From: Haliotis rufescens | Taxonomy: Eukaryota | NCBI RefSeq assembly: GCF_023055435.1 | Contig: NW_025963797.1 | Coordinates: 558,001 to 621,810 of the forward strand | Length of the DNA stretch: 63,810 nucleotides | Direction: 5' to 3' | Shown: piece after piece, positions 37,721 to 51,434 of the stretch | Numbering within the stretch: position 1 is the first letter of the stretch | Layout: every line of letters begins with the position of its first letter | Notes under the pieces: generated by a model | Database searches by the model: none | Seen by the model: the letters and a program-made list of their open reading frames with translations, nothing else | Told to the model about the DNA's origin: nothing | Program-made: the position numbers and the translations under genes

Positions 37721-39653
37721 TACAAACGATGACTCTGCTGTCTATGGTGCAATGTTTTTGAATTGTTACCACTGGACAACTGTATTTATCCTTTCAATGT
37801 ATGTTCTACTCATGCTAACAAACATACAACTAATGGCATTTTCAATTGGATAGTTAGATATGCGGTGTAAACAACCTTTATTGGATGACTTTGTGACATG
37901 AAGGAATGTCTTACAATTAGTTACCCAGGACTATACACACCCACGATACACAGCCAGCTGTCTCCACGGCGTTCTTCTGAACCAAATAGCTTCTGTGCTG
38001 GAATGAAATATTTATATCAAGCCTTGTATAGACTCGTTCTATTTCTAACATCATGCATAATCGTGCACTCAGTCTGTATCTAAGATCTTATTTGTTTACT
38101 TGTTCGGGCAATGGCAGCATCAGGACACTGTTGTCATGAATCACAATGCTTTGCACGGTGACTGACCTGCATGACATCGACGGTTTTCTTGTGATTAATG
38201 TATACGTTTTAAGATTTGAAGGGTTTATTGTTTTAAATGTTATTTGTATTTTGTTTTATCATTAGTGTGTATTTTGGGACGTATCACAATAATACGTTAT
38301 TGTGCTTATTAATTTCAATAACGTTAACAAACTCAACACATGAAAATAATGCTAATCTTTACTATATATAAACATTCACCATCGAGCAAGGACTGGGATG
38401 TAAACCAAATTTGTTTACCAAATTTTGTTACGCTATGCATATTTTGTAAATAATGTATGTGCTTCTCTGAGGGTTTTAGATTTCTGTGCAGGGTAATCTA
38501 CCCTGAATGTGTGCATACCAATGTAACAGGACGATTACTAAACACTTTACTATATGTTTTTGATTTGTACAGTATATGGTGTTTAATAAGTAGGGACTTG
38601 TAAGGATAAAACGTTATTTGTTTCATGTGATTTTGCCACATGCTGTATATACTGCAATGTAATTGAACCGTCACCAGATGCTATCTGAATATTGTATGTC
38701 TTATTGCCTTATATGTTCAACTAATACTTACCAAAACACACCAGATGATACGTTTAATTGGAGAATTAGTTGCACAGCGTAAATAACCAATATTGGTGAC
38801 TCAGAAATGTGTTGTTACAAGTAATTGCCCATGATTCTACACAGATACATTTGATGTGAATTGCGTTGTTTAATGTCTTAGACCTACTGTTTTGAAGACT
38901 CACTAGCATACATATTTATTTATCTCTTCAAAATATGTTGGATACTGTCATTTGAAACTGTAAAACTGTTTTTGTTTGTTGTATTGATGGTGTAGCCGGT
39001 GTTTAAATGAGTGTCAACAAATTTCCCGACTTTCCCTGTTTATAGTTGACCATGGAACATAAACACTCAACCTCGTCCCATTTGTTCACCAAAGGTTTAT
39101 GTGACATATCACATGGAATTGTATTAGTGATTAACTTCAATAACATTATCTGATCCAGCACATACAAATATCCTCGAATCCATTCTTCTAGATCTGTGAG
39201 GAGTCAGCATCGAGCAAGGACACGGTTGTTTCAAACATTAACTTTAACCATACCATGTAACAATATTGCAGTTATATCTGTAATTAATTCAATGCTTCCT
39301 TTAGGGTGTTAGATAACTGTTGAGGGTGACTAACCCTGATTGTGTGCATAACAAGGTAACAGAACCAACGCTAAACAATTTACTATAAGTCATATACCTT
39401 CAGAGTAGATGGTGTTTGATACGAAGGGATTTGTAAAGTCAATATTTCATTTTAGTTTTGCCATATGCTGTATGTTATGGAATCGTTACAATATGGCAAG
39501 GACCAAAATGTTATCATTTTTTTTATGTCTTGGTCACAACAGTTTGTGTATACTTTACAATCAGCAATAAATAATTGGAAAATTGAATACATTTCCTCTT
39601 GCGCTTCATGTCATCATAGTTGGATCTACATCTATGCCATTCACTCGTCACGC

Positions 39654-39815
39654 GGGGCGGTCGGGTAGCCGAGTGCTTAAAGCGTTTGCTCGTCATGCCG
39701 AAGACACGGGTTCGATTCCCGACATGGGTACAATGTGTGGAGCCCATTTCTGGTGTCCCAGACCGAGCTATTGCTTGTATATTGCTAAAAGCGGCGTAAA
39801 ACAAAAGTCACTCAC
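39654..39815 (+). mobile_element. SINE family A with 13-bp TSD TCACTCGTCACGC
   Basis: TSD at 39641-39653 and 39816-39828. B box GGTTCGATTCC. Confidence 0.9.
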
Positions 39816-41394
39816 TCACTCGTCACGCAAGGTTTCAGTTTGAATCCTGACACGTGTAAAGTTAATATCTGGTTTCTGCCATCGGGACACTGCTACCTCA
39901 TTCACTTGAATTCGTTTATTCCCAGTCAAGATCAGAGAGGTGTTAGATGACCAGAGTCGCATTGCCCTTTGAACAAGTTTGATCTTTTTGCTAAATGTAT
40001 CCATATCATATTAAAAATAGCGTATTACGTTTAGTTCCCTGGTTAGTTCCTCTTTTTCTATTGATTTAGTGTGAGTAGCATGAAACCTGGGTGATATCCT
40101 GGATATGCCATATGGTGTTTGATCGTCTTTCTACATCACGAGATGGTAAGGCAGGATGATAAACATATGTGTCAAAGACTCTTCGCGAAAACGTGGGGTG
40201 AATAAGTTATAATAAGGGGGTAATTAATTATTACTAAAGGAGGACACTGAAGCGTCAGTCCTTAGCATGGTGTCTCAATGGTCTGGCACGATAGTCAGGA
40301 CTAATACAAACAGCCACACACAGGTGCATGCATGTCAATGTATAAGTGAAACAAATGTTGAAAGCGTTCATTAGACACCATGTGTCATGTCACTCCTGTA
40401 ACTGATGGGTACAGGTGGCTGTTTATAGTAATTTGCCTCATCCAACTGAGTGAATCCCTCTGTGGAACATGGTGCGTGCACACATGGCTTTAACGTTAAC
40501 ATTTTAACTCATCTTTTCTATTTTGTTACCTAAAAGTGTGGTATAAATTACTGAGGATCATGTGTGTTTGTTGCCATCTGCGGCCATACTAACCTCCCAC
40601 ACTGGACATTCGCTGCCGTCCTGGTTTATGCGCCACTTTGCGCCAGGTTTACAATCTAAAATCAGGGACAACAGAAGAACACAGTTTAGCAGGTGAAGAA
40701 GGAATATATGTGTTCCGGTTTCAGCACATCATTACAGACAGTTTTAGATGCATCTACAGTGAAAGGTCATAGTCAGTGACAGGTATCACGTAATCACAGT
40801 CATGTTCCTATCCATACCCCGAGACGTAGATTACAATACACCATGAAACAGAGTAGGACCTTGGCTTCTGTAGATATCACAGACAAACACGCAATCCATA
40901 CCCCAAAACGCAGTGTACAATACATCATGCCGCAGAGTAGGACATTGGCTTCTGTACACGGCTTGGATATCAGTGGGGAGTGAGGATAATAATAGAGAAA
41001 GGGTTCTTCAAAGAGGGATAATTAACTTAATGGGCAAGCTCCTTCAAACAAACATAACGGTCTGATGAAGGCACCGAGGCGTCATATAATCGTTAAGAGT
41101 CACTTGTTAAAGGCCCTTAACTAATATGGAAATAGTTCATATGCTGAATCACATGGACGGGTGCGTGCCCCTGCTGCACATTTTGATTCATACTGTTAGA
41201 TGTAATCTTCAGCCAACACAGATCCTATGTGAACACAACTGTGGGGAATTCAACAAATCCTACTTTCTTGGGTAAAACGGTAGATGTGATTTCATCTATA
41301 TCGTCAGTGTTATTATACAGCCATGTACAGTCAACCTGAAGGACAGCATTGACTGGTGGGTCGTGGTGGAACTATATCCCGGTGAGCTCATGGA

Positions 41395-42010
41395 CGTGTA
41401 TTTCCACTGGGAATTTCCGTTTGTATTAACATATACTCTTAAGGTTCACCTGGTGAAAGAATTGCAATTGATCACTTAACTATGATTATGAGCTGAAGGT
41501 CTGAACGAGCTGGAACGAATGCAAGTGTTTTTTTGTGTTTCCTCATTCGGCCGACACTGAAATGTCAACAGACTACGTCGTCTTACAGAGAGCAGGACAT
41601 GGACTCCTGAAAATAACACGGACAAACACGCCATCCATACCCTGAGACGTAGTGTACAATTCACCATCACACAGAGAGCAGAACACCGACTTCTGCAGAT
41701 GTCACAGACAACACACCATCAACAACCCGAGACCTCGTGTACAATACGCCATGATACAGAGAGCAGGACAGATACCACTGACAAACACGGCATCCATACA
41801 CCGAGTCGAAGATAACGATAAATGTATGGCTTTTAAAAACAAGCCAGGTTCCCAGTCAGTGGGATGTTTGCGGTTTCAGAAGGAAACATTTCCTTGTGGT
41901 CAGTCTCCATGCGTTATACAATGTGTATGTTCAGTTTAACGAGCTGAAAAAAATATGTTTCGCTTTCGAAATGAGCCATAATATGTTTGTCACATCTGTT
42001 GGTAATATGA
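41395..42010 (+). promoter_or_regulatory. Conserved upstream block of receptor 3 with a consensus NF-kB site GGGAATTTCC (41409-41418)
   Basis: Paralogous to 17105-17600; motif matches GGGRNYYYCC. Confidence 0.5.
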
Positions 42011-42875
42011 AATGGCAAATCATGTTGTTGATAACTAACTTTTTAGCTTGATATTATAGATGAAATCATTTTCTAGTTATCAACAACGATTGTTACTAAA
42101 ATAAGTTTGTTTTTGTTTTATACATACCGACCTAGAGTGTTTTTTGCAACAAGAACAACACTCAGTATTTTGATGTAGCAACCACTACGGGTGTAGTGCC
42201 GACAAACAGGAATCATAACAAGGCTTAAATTTGGGTTCGAATCCACAATCACCAGGTCTTTGCAGAGTCATGGGTCGTATTCCTCACAGGGTACCCCTGA
42301 CAAAACACACTGTGTATATATAAATATATATCTCACATATTTTTCACGACCAACAATTGGCTTTGATTCTCTGTTTAAAACCCATGGCCCATAAAAGGTA
42401 ATTTCCTCTTATTGACCAAACAAGTGGTTTGAAACACAATGTCGCTTGTTGTGAAGAAATGAAGGAAGTTATAACATCCTCACTTCCAAGCTTCACAGTA
42501 ACAAGACACAGTCAGATGTTGTACACTGAGATCCTGGGGAGGTGGAGCTCGGCCACTAACAACAACAAGTATACTGCTATACTCATTACACCAACGTGTG
42601 TTTCTAACCAAGTGAGCATTCCGTGTTGTTTTTTTATAATTGGAAGTGGAGCTCGGCCGCTAACAACAGCAAGTATACTGCTATACTCATTACACCAACG
42701 TGTGTTTCTAACCAAGTGAGCATTCCGTGTTGTTTTGTTATAAGAAATATTGGAAATGGAACAAGCTTAGATGTATATAAACATTCTGTGATTAGTGGCA
42801 GAACTCTCACACGCACGTCTCACTGAACATCTATATGTATCTTATATTTATTGTATACGTTTTGTTTCAGGTGAT

Positions 42876-44746
42876 ATGGCACCGACGACAATTCTGAGCG
42901 TAGCGTGCATAATGGTTTACACTCGTGGTAAAGACATTATGAATATTTCCAATATGATAGATTTTATTATTTCAAGTTTCTCGATTTCTGACATGTTATT
43001 CATTTATATCTGTAACATGCGCTGTTCTATAGATAACATCACTTCTCCTTGTATCATGCTCAGCTGTAGTAATAAAACTGAGGATGTCATATCGTCAATC
43101 GCAAGGGCCAGTTTTAATTATTTAACATATTAAATCCACACATTGCATGCTTATAGTTTATTGGCTTTTTTGCAGAAAAAATGTTTTGGTAATATACATT
43201 TTTACCATCATTTTCAGCTGCCAAATGTAAAGGACACCAACACTGTTCAGACTGTGATAGCACCACAGGGTATTGCATCTCTGAATGTGATCCTGGATAT
43301 CGCAACGAAAATTGTCGAAACAAGAAATGCAAACTGTCAATAAATGGCAATGATAATTGCACTGAGGGTTTTGTCCCGGGATACCAAGGCCTGGGGTGTA
43401 GTCGGCCATGTTACAACCCAGGAGATGTTTGTACGGCATGCCCAGGTGGGTGTGATGCAGGATATTGTCAGGTGGGCTCCTCCTGTGTGTCTGGGTGTGT
43501 GGACTCCTACTATGGGTCTGGCTGCAAGACATGTCACAGAGGATGTAAGACATGCAGCAGAATAACAGGAACATGCAGGCAGTGTCATCCTTCATTTCGT
43601 GGTCTGAAATGTGAACAGGAGACGAACACTACCAGAGGTTGTGAAGGTGGTTGTGTACCTGGACATATAGATAGAGACTGCAAACATTGTTCTGACAAAT
43701 GTCTCAATAAGACCTGTCACCCTAAGAACGAACACTTTGATACACAATGTAATCCAGGATTTTATTGTGAACACTGCGACAAGACATGTGGTGTGTGTAT
43801 TGATGGAGACTGTGATCAGATGTCAGGGATGTACTTCAGAGGGTGTAACAGGACCACACATGGATGTGAACCTTCCTGTAGAGCCAACTGCACTTTAGCT
43901 GAATGTGACATTGAGACATGTCCACAAGGTAATGCATTGTACGCAAGGTGAATATCTAACCAGATTTTCTTTCTAATATATAAAAAATAGAGGTGGGAGC
44001 AAGCTTCCCTTTACACATGCCAAATTTAGTTCAGGCACAAGGCTTTTGCTGTCCCTGTTCTGGGTTGATCTACATGAACGGACTGGAATCACCCATCTAT
44101 GTTGTACTTGAGCAGGTTAGACTTGAGCGTATGAACCACTGATAACGTGTCTGCCCGAATTTAACACTTTCAGCAGCTGCAGTTGATGTCAACACAAAGT
44201 TAACAAAGGACATATTCAAAATGAGCATTTATTGGTTCTTGTTCTGTTTGTATGTAGATGAAGAGAAGAGTTATGAGCGGGATATCCATCAGTCCATCAA
44301 CATGGGGCTGTTGACAGTGATGTGCCTCTTTGTGTTCTGCATCCTGATCACCGTTTGCGTCTGCTATTGCCGAATTATGGCCTCACAACGGTAGGGTTTC
44401 ATTCTTTCATTCATTCATTCATTCATTTATTCATTCATTCATTCATTCATTCATTCATTCATTCATTCATTCATTCATTCATTCCACTTGACTAAGTGTA
44501 ATTATTCAATAATATGGGAAGTCATTTAAACCGTCCATCCATATAAGTGTACGTAGTATAAACTTATCATTTGACATCAATATATGTGGCGTTTGGGCAG
44601 TTTGTAGAGAGATTCCAGGCGAGGAGGCAGTTGACTACCGAGATGAAGCAACCAGAGAGAGGCTAGCATCGATGTTTATAAGATCACAGCATACATACTG
44701 TGACGTAGACGAGAGTGACATGGGGCCAGTGATCGTCTTCCTGTAG
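42876..44746 (+). CDS. EGF-like repeat single-pass receptor 3, 344 aa; join(42876-42927,43218-43928,44258-44390,44608-44746)
   Basis: GT-AG introns, phases 1,1,2. Signal MAPTTILSVACIMVYT. EGF exon paralogous to receptor 1 but with lost Cys and in-frame deletions. TM MGLLTVMCLFVFCILITVCVCYC. Tail ends HTYCDVDESDMGPVIVFL*. Confidence 0.75.
44400..44484. repeat. (TTCA)n microsatellite
   Basis: Direct reading. Confidence 0.95.
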
Positions 44747-46090
44747 ATGTTGACAGGGACACAGAGTAGAGACTGTGGTGTAGACGAGAGTGACATGGGG
44801 CCAGTGATAGTCTTCCTGTATATGTTGACAGGGACACAGAGTAGACACTGTGGTATAGACGAGAGTGACATGGGGCCAGTGATAGTCTTCCTGTAGATGT
44901 TGACAGGGACACAGAGTAGAGACTGTGATGTGGACGAGAATGCAAGGGGCCAGTGATTGTCCTGTAGATCTTTACAGGGACACAGAGTAGACACTGTGAT
45001 ATAGACGAGAGTGACATGGGGCCAATGATTGTCTTGCTGTAGATGTTGACAGGGACACATAGTAGAGACTGTGATGTAGACGAGAGTGACATTGGGCCAG
45101 TGATTGTCGTCCTGTAGATGTTGACAGGGACACAGAGTAGAGACTGTGATGTGGACGAGAGTGACATGGGGCCAGTGATAGTCTTCCTGTAGATGTTGAC
45201 AGGGACACAGAGTAGAGACTGTGACGTAGACGAGAGCGACATGGGGCCAGTGATTGTCTTCCTGTAGATGTTGACAGGGACACAGAGTAGAGACTGTGAT
45301 GAAGACGAGAGTGACATTGGGCCAGTGATTGTCGTCCTGTAGATGTTGACAGGGACACAGAGTAGAGAGTGTGATGTAGACGAGAGTGACATGGGGCCAG
45401 TGATCGTCATTCTGTAGATGTTGACAGGGACACAGAGTAGAGACTGTGATGTAGACGAGAGTGACATGGGGCCGGTGATCGTCATTCTGTACATGTTGAC
45501 AGGGACACAGAGTAGAGACTGTGATGTAAATGAGAGCGACATGGGGCCAGTGATTGTCTTCCTGTAGATGTTGACAGGGACACAGAGTAGAGACTGTGAT
45601 GTAGACGAGAGTGACATGGGGTCGGCTATTGTCTTCCTGTATATGTTTACAGGGACACAGAGTAGACACTGTGATGTAGACGAGAGTGACATGGGGCCAG
45701 TGATTGTCTTCCTGTAGATGTTGACAGGGACACAGAATAGAGACTGTGATGGAGACGGGAGTGACATGGGGCCAGTGATTGTCTTCCTGTAGATGTTAAA
45801 AGAGACACAGAGTAGAGACTGTGATGTAGACGAGAGTGACATTGGGCCAGTGATCGTCTTCCTTCAGATCTTGACAGGGACACAGAGTAGAGACACTGGC
45901 GTAGACAAGAGTGACATGGGGCCAGTGATCGTCCTCCTGTAGATGTTGACAGGGACACAGAGTAGACACTGTGGCGTAGACGAGAATGACATGGGGTCAG
46001 TGATTGTCTTCCTGTAGATCTTGACAGGGACACAACTTAGTCGCTGGGGTGTAGACGAGAGTGACATGGGGGCAGTGATAGCCTCCATGT
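44699..46090. repeat. 75-bp minisatellite (~18 units) derived from the 3' end of receptor 3
   Basis: Unit TGTGACGTAGACGAGAGTGACATGGGGCCAGTGATCGTCTTCCTGTAGATGTTGACAGGGACACAGAGTAGAGAC. The first unit contains the stop codon of the gene. Confidence 0.9.
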
Positions 46091-46094
46091 AAAC

Positions 46095-46325
46095 GTGAGG
46101 TGAGGTGAGATGGAATCGGGTTTGACATCGCGTTCAAGGTTATTGCAGTTATTTCGCGATGGGAAAGCAAATGTGTGCGTGTGCTTGCTTGAAGATGTTT
46201 GTAATAGACCAGACCAACGTAGTCCTTGTTGTAGCCCCTGTACGCCAAGCGGCGGCAAAGGAAACTGCAAGTGGGCGGTCAATCTCCGGGCAGACGCTAT
46301 AACCACCAGACCATAAAAACGGCTC
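46095..46325 (-). mobile_element. Truncated/rearranged SINE family C at the end of the 75-bp array
   Basis: (GTGAG)n tail, GACATCGCGTTCAAGGTTATTGCAG, and head remnant TCTCCGGGCAGACGCT. Confidence 0.55.
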
Positions 46326-47284
46326 TCCCTGTATAGGTTGGTGAGGACACAGCACAGGAACTACAGTGTAGACTAAAGTGTACACAAGACACGTGACATG
46401 GAGCCAAGTGACAGTCTTCCTGTAGAAGTTAATAAGGACACAGCAGAAGCAATATGCGGAAACCACGTGACATGGAGCCAGTGACAGTTCTCTAGTACAG
46501 GCGCCTCCCCAAGGATAATGATATTTGTCACTGCCAGTCTTATTTCATATATTTTAAACGGTTTTCTCCACTTTAATTTCACTATCAACTCAACCGTCAT
46601 CATATCATATTATTTTATTTTCATGACTCTGCGTTTGCTTCTAGAAATAAAACACAATTCACAAACAAGTATTGTTTTCGTTTCCATGACAACAGAAATG
46701 CATGTTAACACACATTACATGAATCTATAGCTGACGAATGTTCTCACCGTCTCTGTTATTCTTTGAACATATTACAGTTGAATATCATTCCTCTTCTTTC
46801 ACTGCATTAATTAGGAATGAAAAACCGCGACAGAAACTATTGTTGATGTAAAGAGAGATTTTCAGCTGTCCGGGTCATACTTGAGAGTACGTTTCGTAAT
46901 GTTATAAATAGAGTGAAGAAATCTATAACTGTTGTCACTGCAACAATCAGGAATAACAACCAATGATAGACAATACATTTGCTGCACGTAGAGTTGACAG
47001 TTTACAAGGTTGCATTAGAAATAGATGTGCAGTGTCATATGTACATGTAAAGTAAACTGTTCTAACATAAAACAAACGTAATTTGTTCTTCGACAGATAA
47101 AAATACAACAAATGCATATAATAGTCTGGACACACACACTCTAAATAGTCATCAACCCATTCTCAAATGTAATATTATGTTTCATGGGTGCAATCGGAAT
47201 ATTTATATCCAAGTAGCATGTCGTGTTTGCATATAAAGGTACACTGTATGAAATGTGTGTGTTAAAGTGTCAGACACAAATGTG

Positions 47285-47642
47285 TAAGTAGTGAAAGACA
47301 TGAGGCATGATATATTATGTAGTTGTGCATCGGGAATAGTGTTACATACACCAATATATATGTAGTGAGAGACATGAGGCATGATATATTATGTAGTTGT
47401 ACATCGGGAATTGTGTTACATACACCAATCTGTATGTAGTGAGAGACATGAGGCATGATATATTATGTAGTTGTACATCGGGAATAGTGTTGCATACACC
47501 AATCTGTATGTAGTGAGAGACATGAGCCACGATATATTATCTAGTCGTCCACCGGAATAGTGTCACATACACCAATCTGTATGTAGTGAGCGATATGAGT
47601 CATGATATATTATGTAGTTGTGCATCGGGAATTGTGTTACAT
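47285..47642. repeat. ~74-bp tandem repeat (~5 units)
   Basis: Repeated TGTAGTGAGAGACATGAGGCATGATATATTATGTAGTTGTACATCGGGAA... Confidence 0.85.
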
Positions 47643-49045
47643 GCATTGTGTTTGGGGACCTGTAAAATAATAAACAATCATTCAACAACACAATATAAAC
47701 ACGGGCTATAAGACCGCCAGGAACCTTGTTAGGCCACCTTACCAGGATCCGTCGGGACTTACGATACTTCTGCTGCCTGCACGGTTCCCCATGCGGGGTT
47801 TTCACCATCCCTTCAGCTGCTGGCGATTATACACAAGTTTAGCGAACAATTAAAATTTACAAATGGTAGTGCGATTAAAACTATGGTACGAATAACCTGC
47901 TTTGAAGGACATGGTCTTCCCCCTCGGGGGGCACAACGATTTTACAGCACAACCCCTGTCAAGGGCAAAGCCATTAACAATAATAATCTCAGTTAATAAT
48001 TATTCACTATCAATATATGAGAAAGACCTATGAACATCAAAATTTATCAATAAGTTATATCTTTTTCGAAAAACGATAATTAAATGAGAACTCATATTGT
48101 GAAAAAAACATCCTTTATCGATGAAACTTTGACATCTTTATCCCCTGTGGTGGAAAAATCAACGCAATCAAAAAGTGCATGCCTGATCGTAAATATCATG
48201 AGGAAAACCCTCATTGGGTCGCTAAGTCAGTGCGTCTGTATCGAGGAAGTAGCATTTGATGCAATCGTCAGTTATATCAGTTTGAGTTGCGATTGTTTGC
48301 TTCTTAGTTCATGGCATTTGTCACCATGCAGGAAGAAATAGTGGCTGTATTTTGTTACAGGTGATTGGTTAGATGAATGTTAAGACATATTTTAATACAT
48401 TATGCTGTCTTTATTCAACATAACATTGCCTTGCACATACCAATGCATGCTGACGTGTAAATAAAACAGGAACTTGAAATTTCATTTATTTGGATTTGGT
48501 TTCACAACTCGGTAACCCCCGTCTTTCCCGAGAGAAGGTTGACGACACTGCATGTGATGTTGGTTGTATTCGTTTCCATAGCAACGATAGCGTCATTAGC
48601 AGCACACTCGCTCTACAGTCGTCAACATCTATCATTCATCTTGTAATCCTCTGCCATGGATACTTACTCAAATGTATTGGACATAGTAGTTGTGTTATTC
48701 ATGCAACAAAACACATGCATGATATAGAACCTTAGTTATTCATTTCGTTTTATTCCGGCCTCCCTGCAGACGTTTGTTTCTTCTCAGAAACCATCAGCCC
48801 GTATTGAAGATGCTAGCAATGGGTGGTTCCCACAATAGTGTCTGGATTTTAATACAATTATTATACTCCTTTATGTATACTGTTACGACAAAGTTTGATG
48901 CAATCTATACAGCCCTCCCTTCTGTCCTTGCGAAATAATTTTACCTTTACAAGGAAAGTTTTTTTTGGTTTGTGTCTTTGTGTCGATTTATTCCGGCCTC
49001 CCTGCAAACGTTCGTTCCTTCTCAGTAACCTTCAGCCCGTATTGA

Positions 49046-49280
49046 GTGAGTGAGTGAGTGAGTGAGTTAGTGTTTTACGTCACATCGGCAATATTTCAGC
49101 CATATCGTTACAGGAAGTTATTTTTTTTAATACATATATCATCGACGGACAGTGAAATTACTAGAGTATCACAGATTTTTATTTTTAACTAGCATACAAA
49201 CATAAAAAGATATCACTTTAAGTAAAGGTGCAATATTTAAATGGGTTATAGATCGCCAGCAGTTGAAGGTTGCTAGGGGG
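49046..49280 (-). mobile_element. 5'-truncated non-LTR retroelement 3' end with 12-bp TSD AGCCCGTATTGA, inside a local duplication
   Basis: (ACTC)n tail. TSD near 49034-49045 and 49281-49292. The uninterrupted paralogous site is at ~48796-48810. Confidence 0.7.
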
Positions 49281-50859
49281 AGCCCGTATTGAAGATGCTA
49301 GCAGTTGGTGGTTCCCGCAATAGTGTCTGGACTTCAATACAATTATAGTACTCCTTTATGTATACTGTTACAAAAGGTTGATGCAATCCACACAGCCCTG
49401 CCTTCTTTCGTTGTGAAATTATTTTACCTTTACACGGAAAGTTGTTTGTGTCTTTGTGTCTTATTTAACGCCGTACTCAGCAAGATTCCATCTGTATCAC
49501 CGAGGACTGTGAATAATCGATTATCGACCAGTAACATCCAGTTATTAACATCATCAGCATTGATCTACGGAATTTAGATTCACTGACACGCATCAACGAA
49601 GTCAGCGAGCCTGACAACTCCATCTCTAACGACAAGCTTGTGTACCAGGAAGTAGCGATGTTCAGTTACAAAGCCTGTGTTGCAAGATTTACAACGCTTC
49701 AGTTGTGTACGTCACATACACCAGAAAATCAATCGGGAGATGGTTACAGTACAGTGGAATGTCATCAGGTGTTCATATACGTGCAGACTGATTCTAATTT
49801 TGCTTGAATCACAGCGCATCTGCTTGACATGGGAGCAAAGCCTTTAGTTAGTGTATGTGTTTGTTGTTTAACGCCTTTAGTAGTATTTTAATACTCAAGT
49901 TGAAACATACCATTATGGATTATGATACTACTTACAATCAGTTCCTACTCTCTGACGTATAACAACTAGATAAACTTGGATACATTTTACAAAGTTGATA
50001 TTTGCAAGCCGTGCATTGGATCTTTTAATCAAACTGGGTTTTTTTAAACTTGTAACTACTGATTTGTTAGCGTATATACCACCTCGTTATAACGAGAAAA
50101 TGTAAATGTACCCATGTCTGATTCAATTTGATATTCAACATGAATTTAGAAACGACCAATTAAATATGTTGTTACATGAATCTGTCGTATAAATGTTCAC
50201 ACTTGATGTGTGTACGATATTAAGTCGCTAAACCCAACCCTTCCCCGTCTACTGCAATTATAGGTACATAACTTATTATCAGTGTTTTAATAGTGTTGTA
50301 ATCTTTGTTTTACACACATAAGAACACATAATGTAGACACGGTTGTGTTTAGTGGCTTCATCTTGTGGTCAGAGATTCACACACAGAAGTGTTCCGTCAC
50401 AGCAGGAATCTGATATCACCAGATTTGTGAGTCACCAAGTTTCTTCTTCCCAACCCGACGACAGATCACACACACTACGTGAAAGAGGACATCCTTACCA
50501 TATGCAAATTGGGGGTTTTAGCGTGTATGTGAACTGAGCAAGTGAACTGATTTTATATACATATATTCTCTTCGGTAAACTTGAAAATATTTCACTCAGG
50601 ATAAGCTTAATTCAAGCTTGTGTAACCATCTGTCAATATGTTGGGACTACTTTGCACATTAAGTTAATGACACTAGAACCTATATGCATAGCTGTGAATG
50701 GCTTTGACTCTCGGAACATGATGTTGTCGATCAAGCAGAAATGTTGAATGTCATCCCTCAACCATATCACATTACATTCCAGGAAGTCAAATAGCTACGT
50801 CGAACCTGAGAGACTGATGGAAACAAAATTAACAAATTAAATGACTGTATTGTATTGTA

Positions 50860-51118
50860 TTGCTTGTTGTTTAACGTCACGCTCAGCAATATATCAGCTG
50901 TATGACTGCGGTCAGTAAATACTCGAGCCTAGACCAGACAATCCAGTGACTGACATCATTAGCATCCATTCAGGCAATTGACATGCATCAAACAAGTCAC
51001 CTAAGCCATCAATCAGCCTGACCACTCCGATCACGTAAGTCGCCTCTTACGACAAGCACAGTCGCTTTTTACGCCAAGCACTGGTTGCTGAAGACCTATT
51101 CTGACCCCTTCATGGGAC
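50860..51118 (-). mobile_element. SINE family B
   Basis: Reverse match to 11006-11281. Confidence 0.75.
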
Positions 51119-51434
51119 TAAATGACCAGGAAATAGACAAGACATGACAGTGTTGCCGATTCATCTCTGAGGTGTAAATAGCAATCGTCAACGCCAGAGA
51201 ATATCCAGTTTTGATAATATGCCGATACATATTCCATTGGGTGTAAAAGGCAAAATAGTAATGACTCTCACTTGAATGGATCACTGAAAATCAGGAATGG
51301 CACCATGGTGTTTGTTGCATGTTCATTTGAAGAAAACGCACTAAACAGGTTTGATTATAGTAAAACGTTTATCATTTTAGAATTATACATTTAACTAAAC
51401 TGAAAATAAGGAAGAACTTTTTTTAATATGAGAG

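Noticed and set aside
36900-39520. Diverged duplicated blocks downstream of the ankyrin exon (36927/37984; 38380/39209)
   Set aside because: Old non-coding duplications with no ORF or structure that I can support.
44635-45842. 344-aa and 388-aa minus-strand ORFs
   Set aside because: Antisense translations of the 75-bp array.
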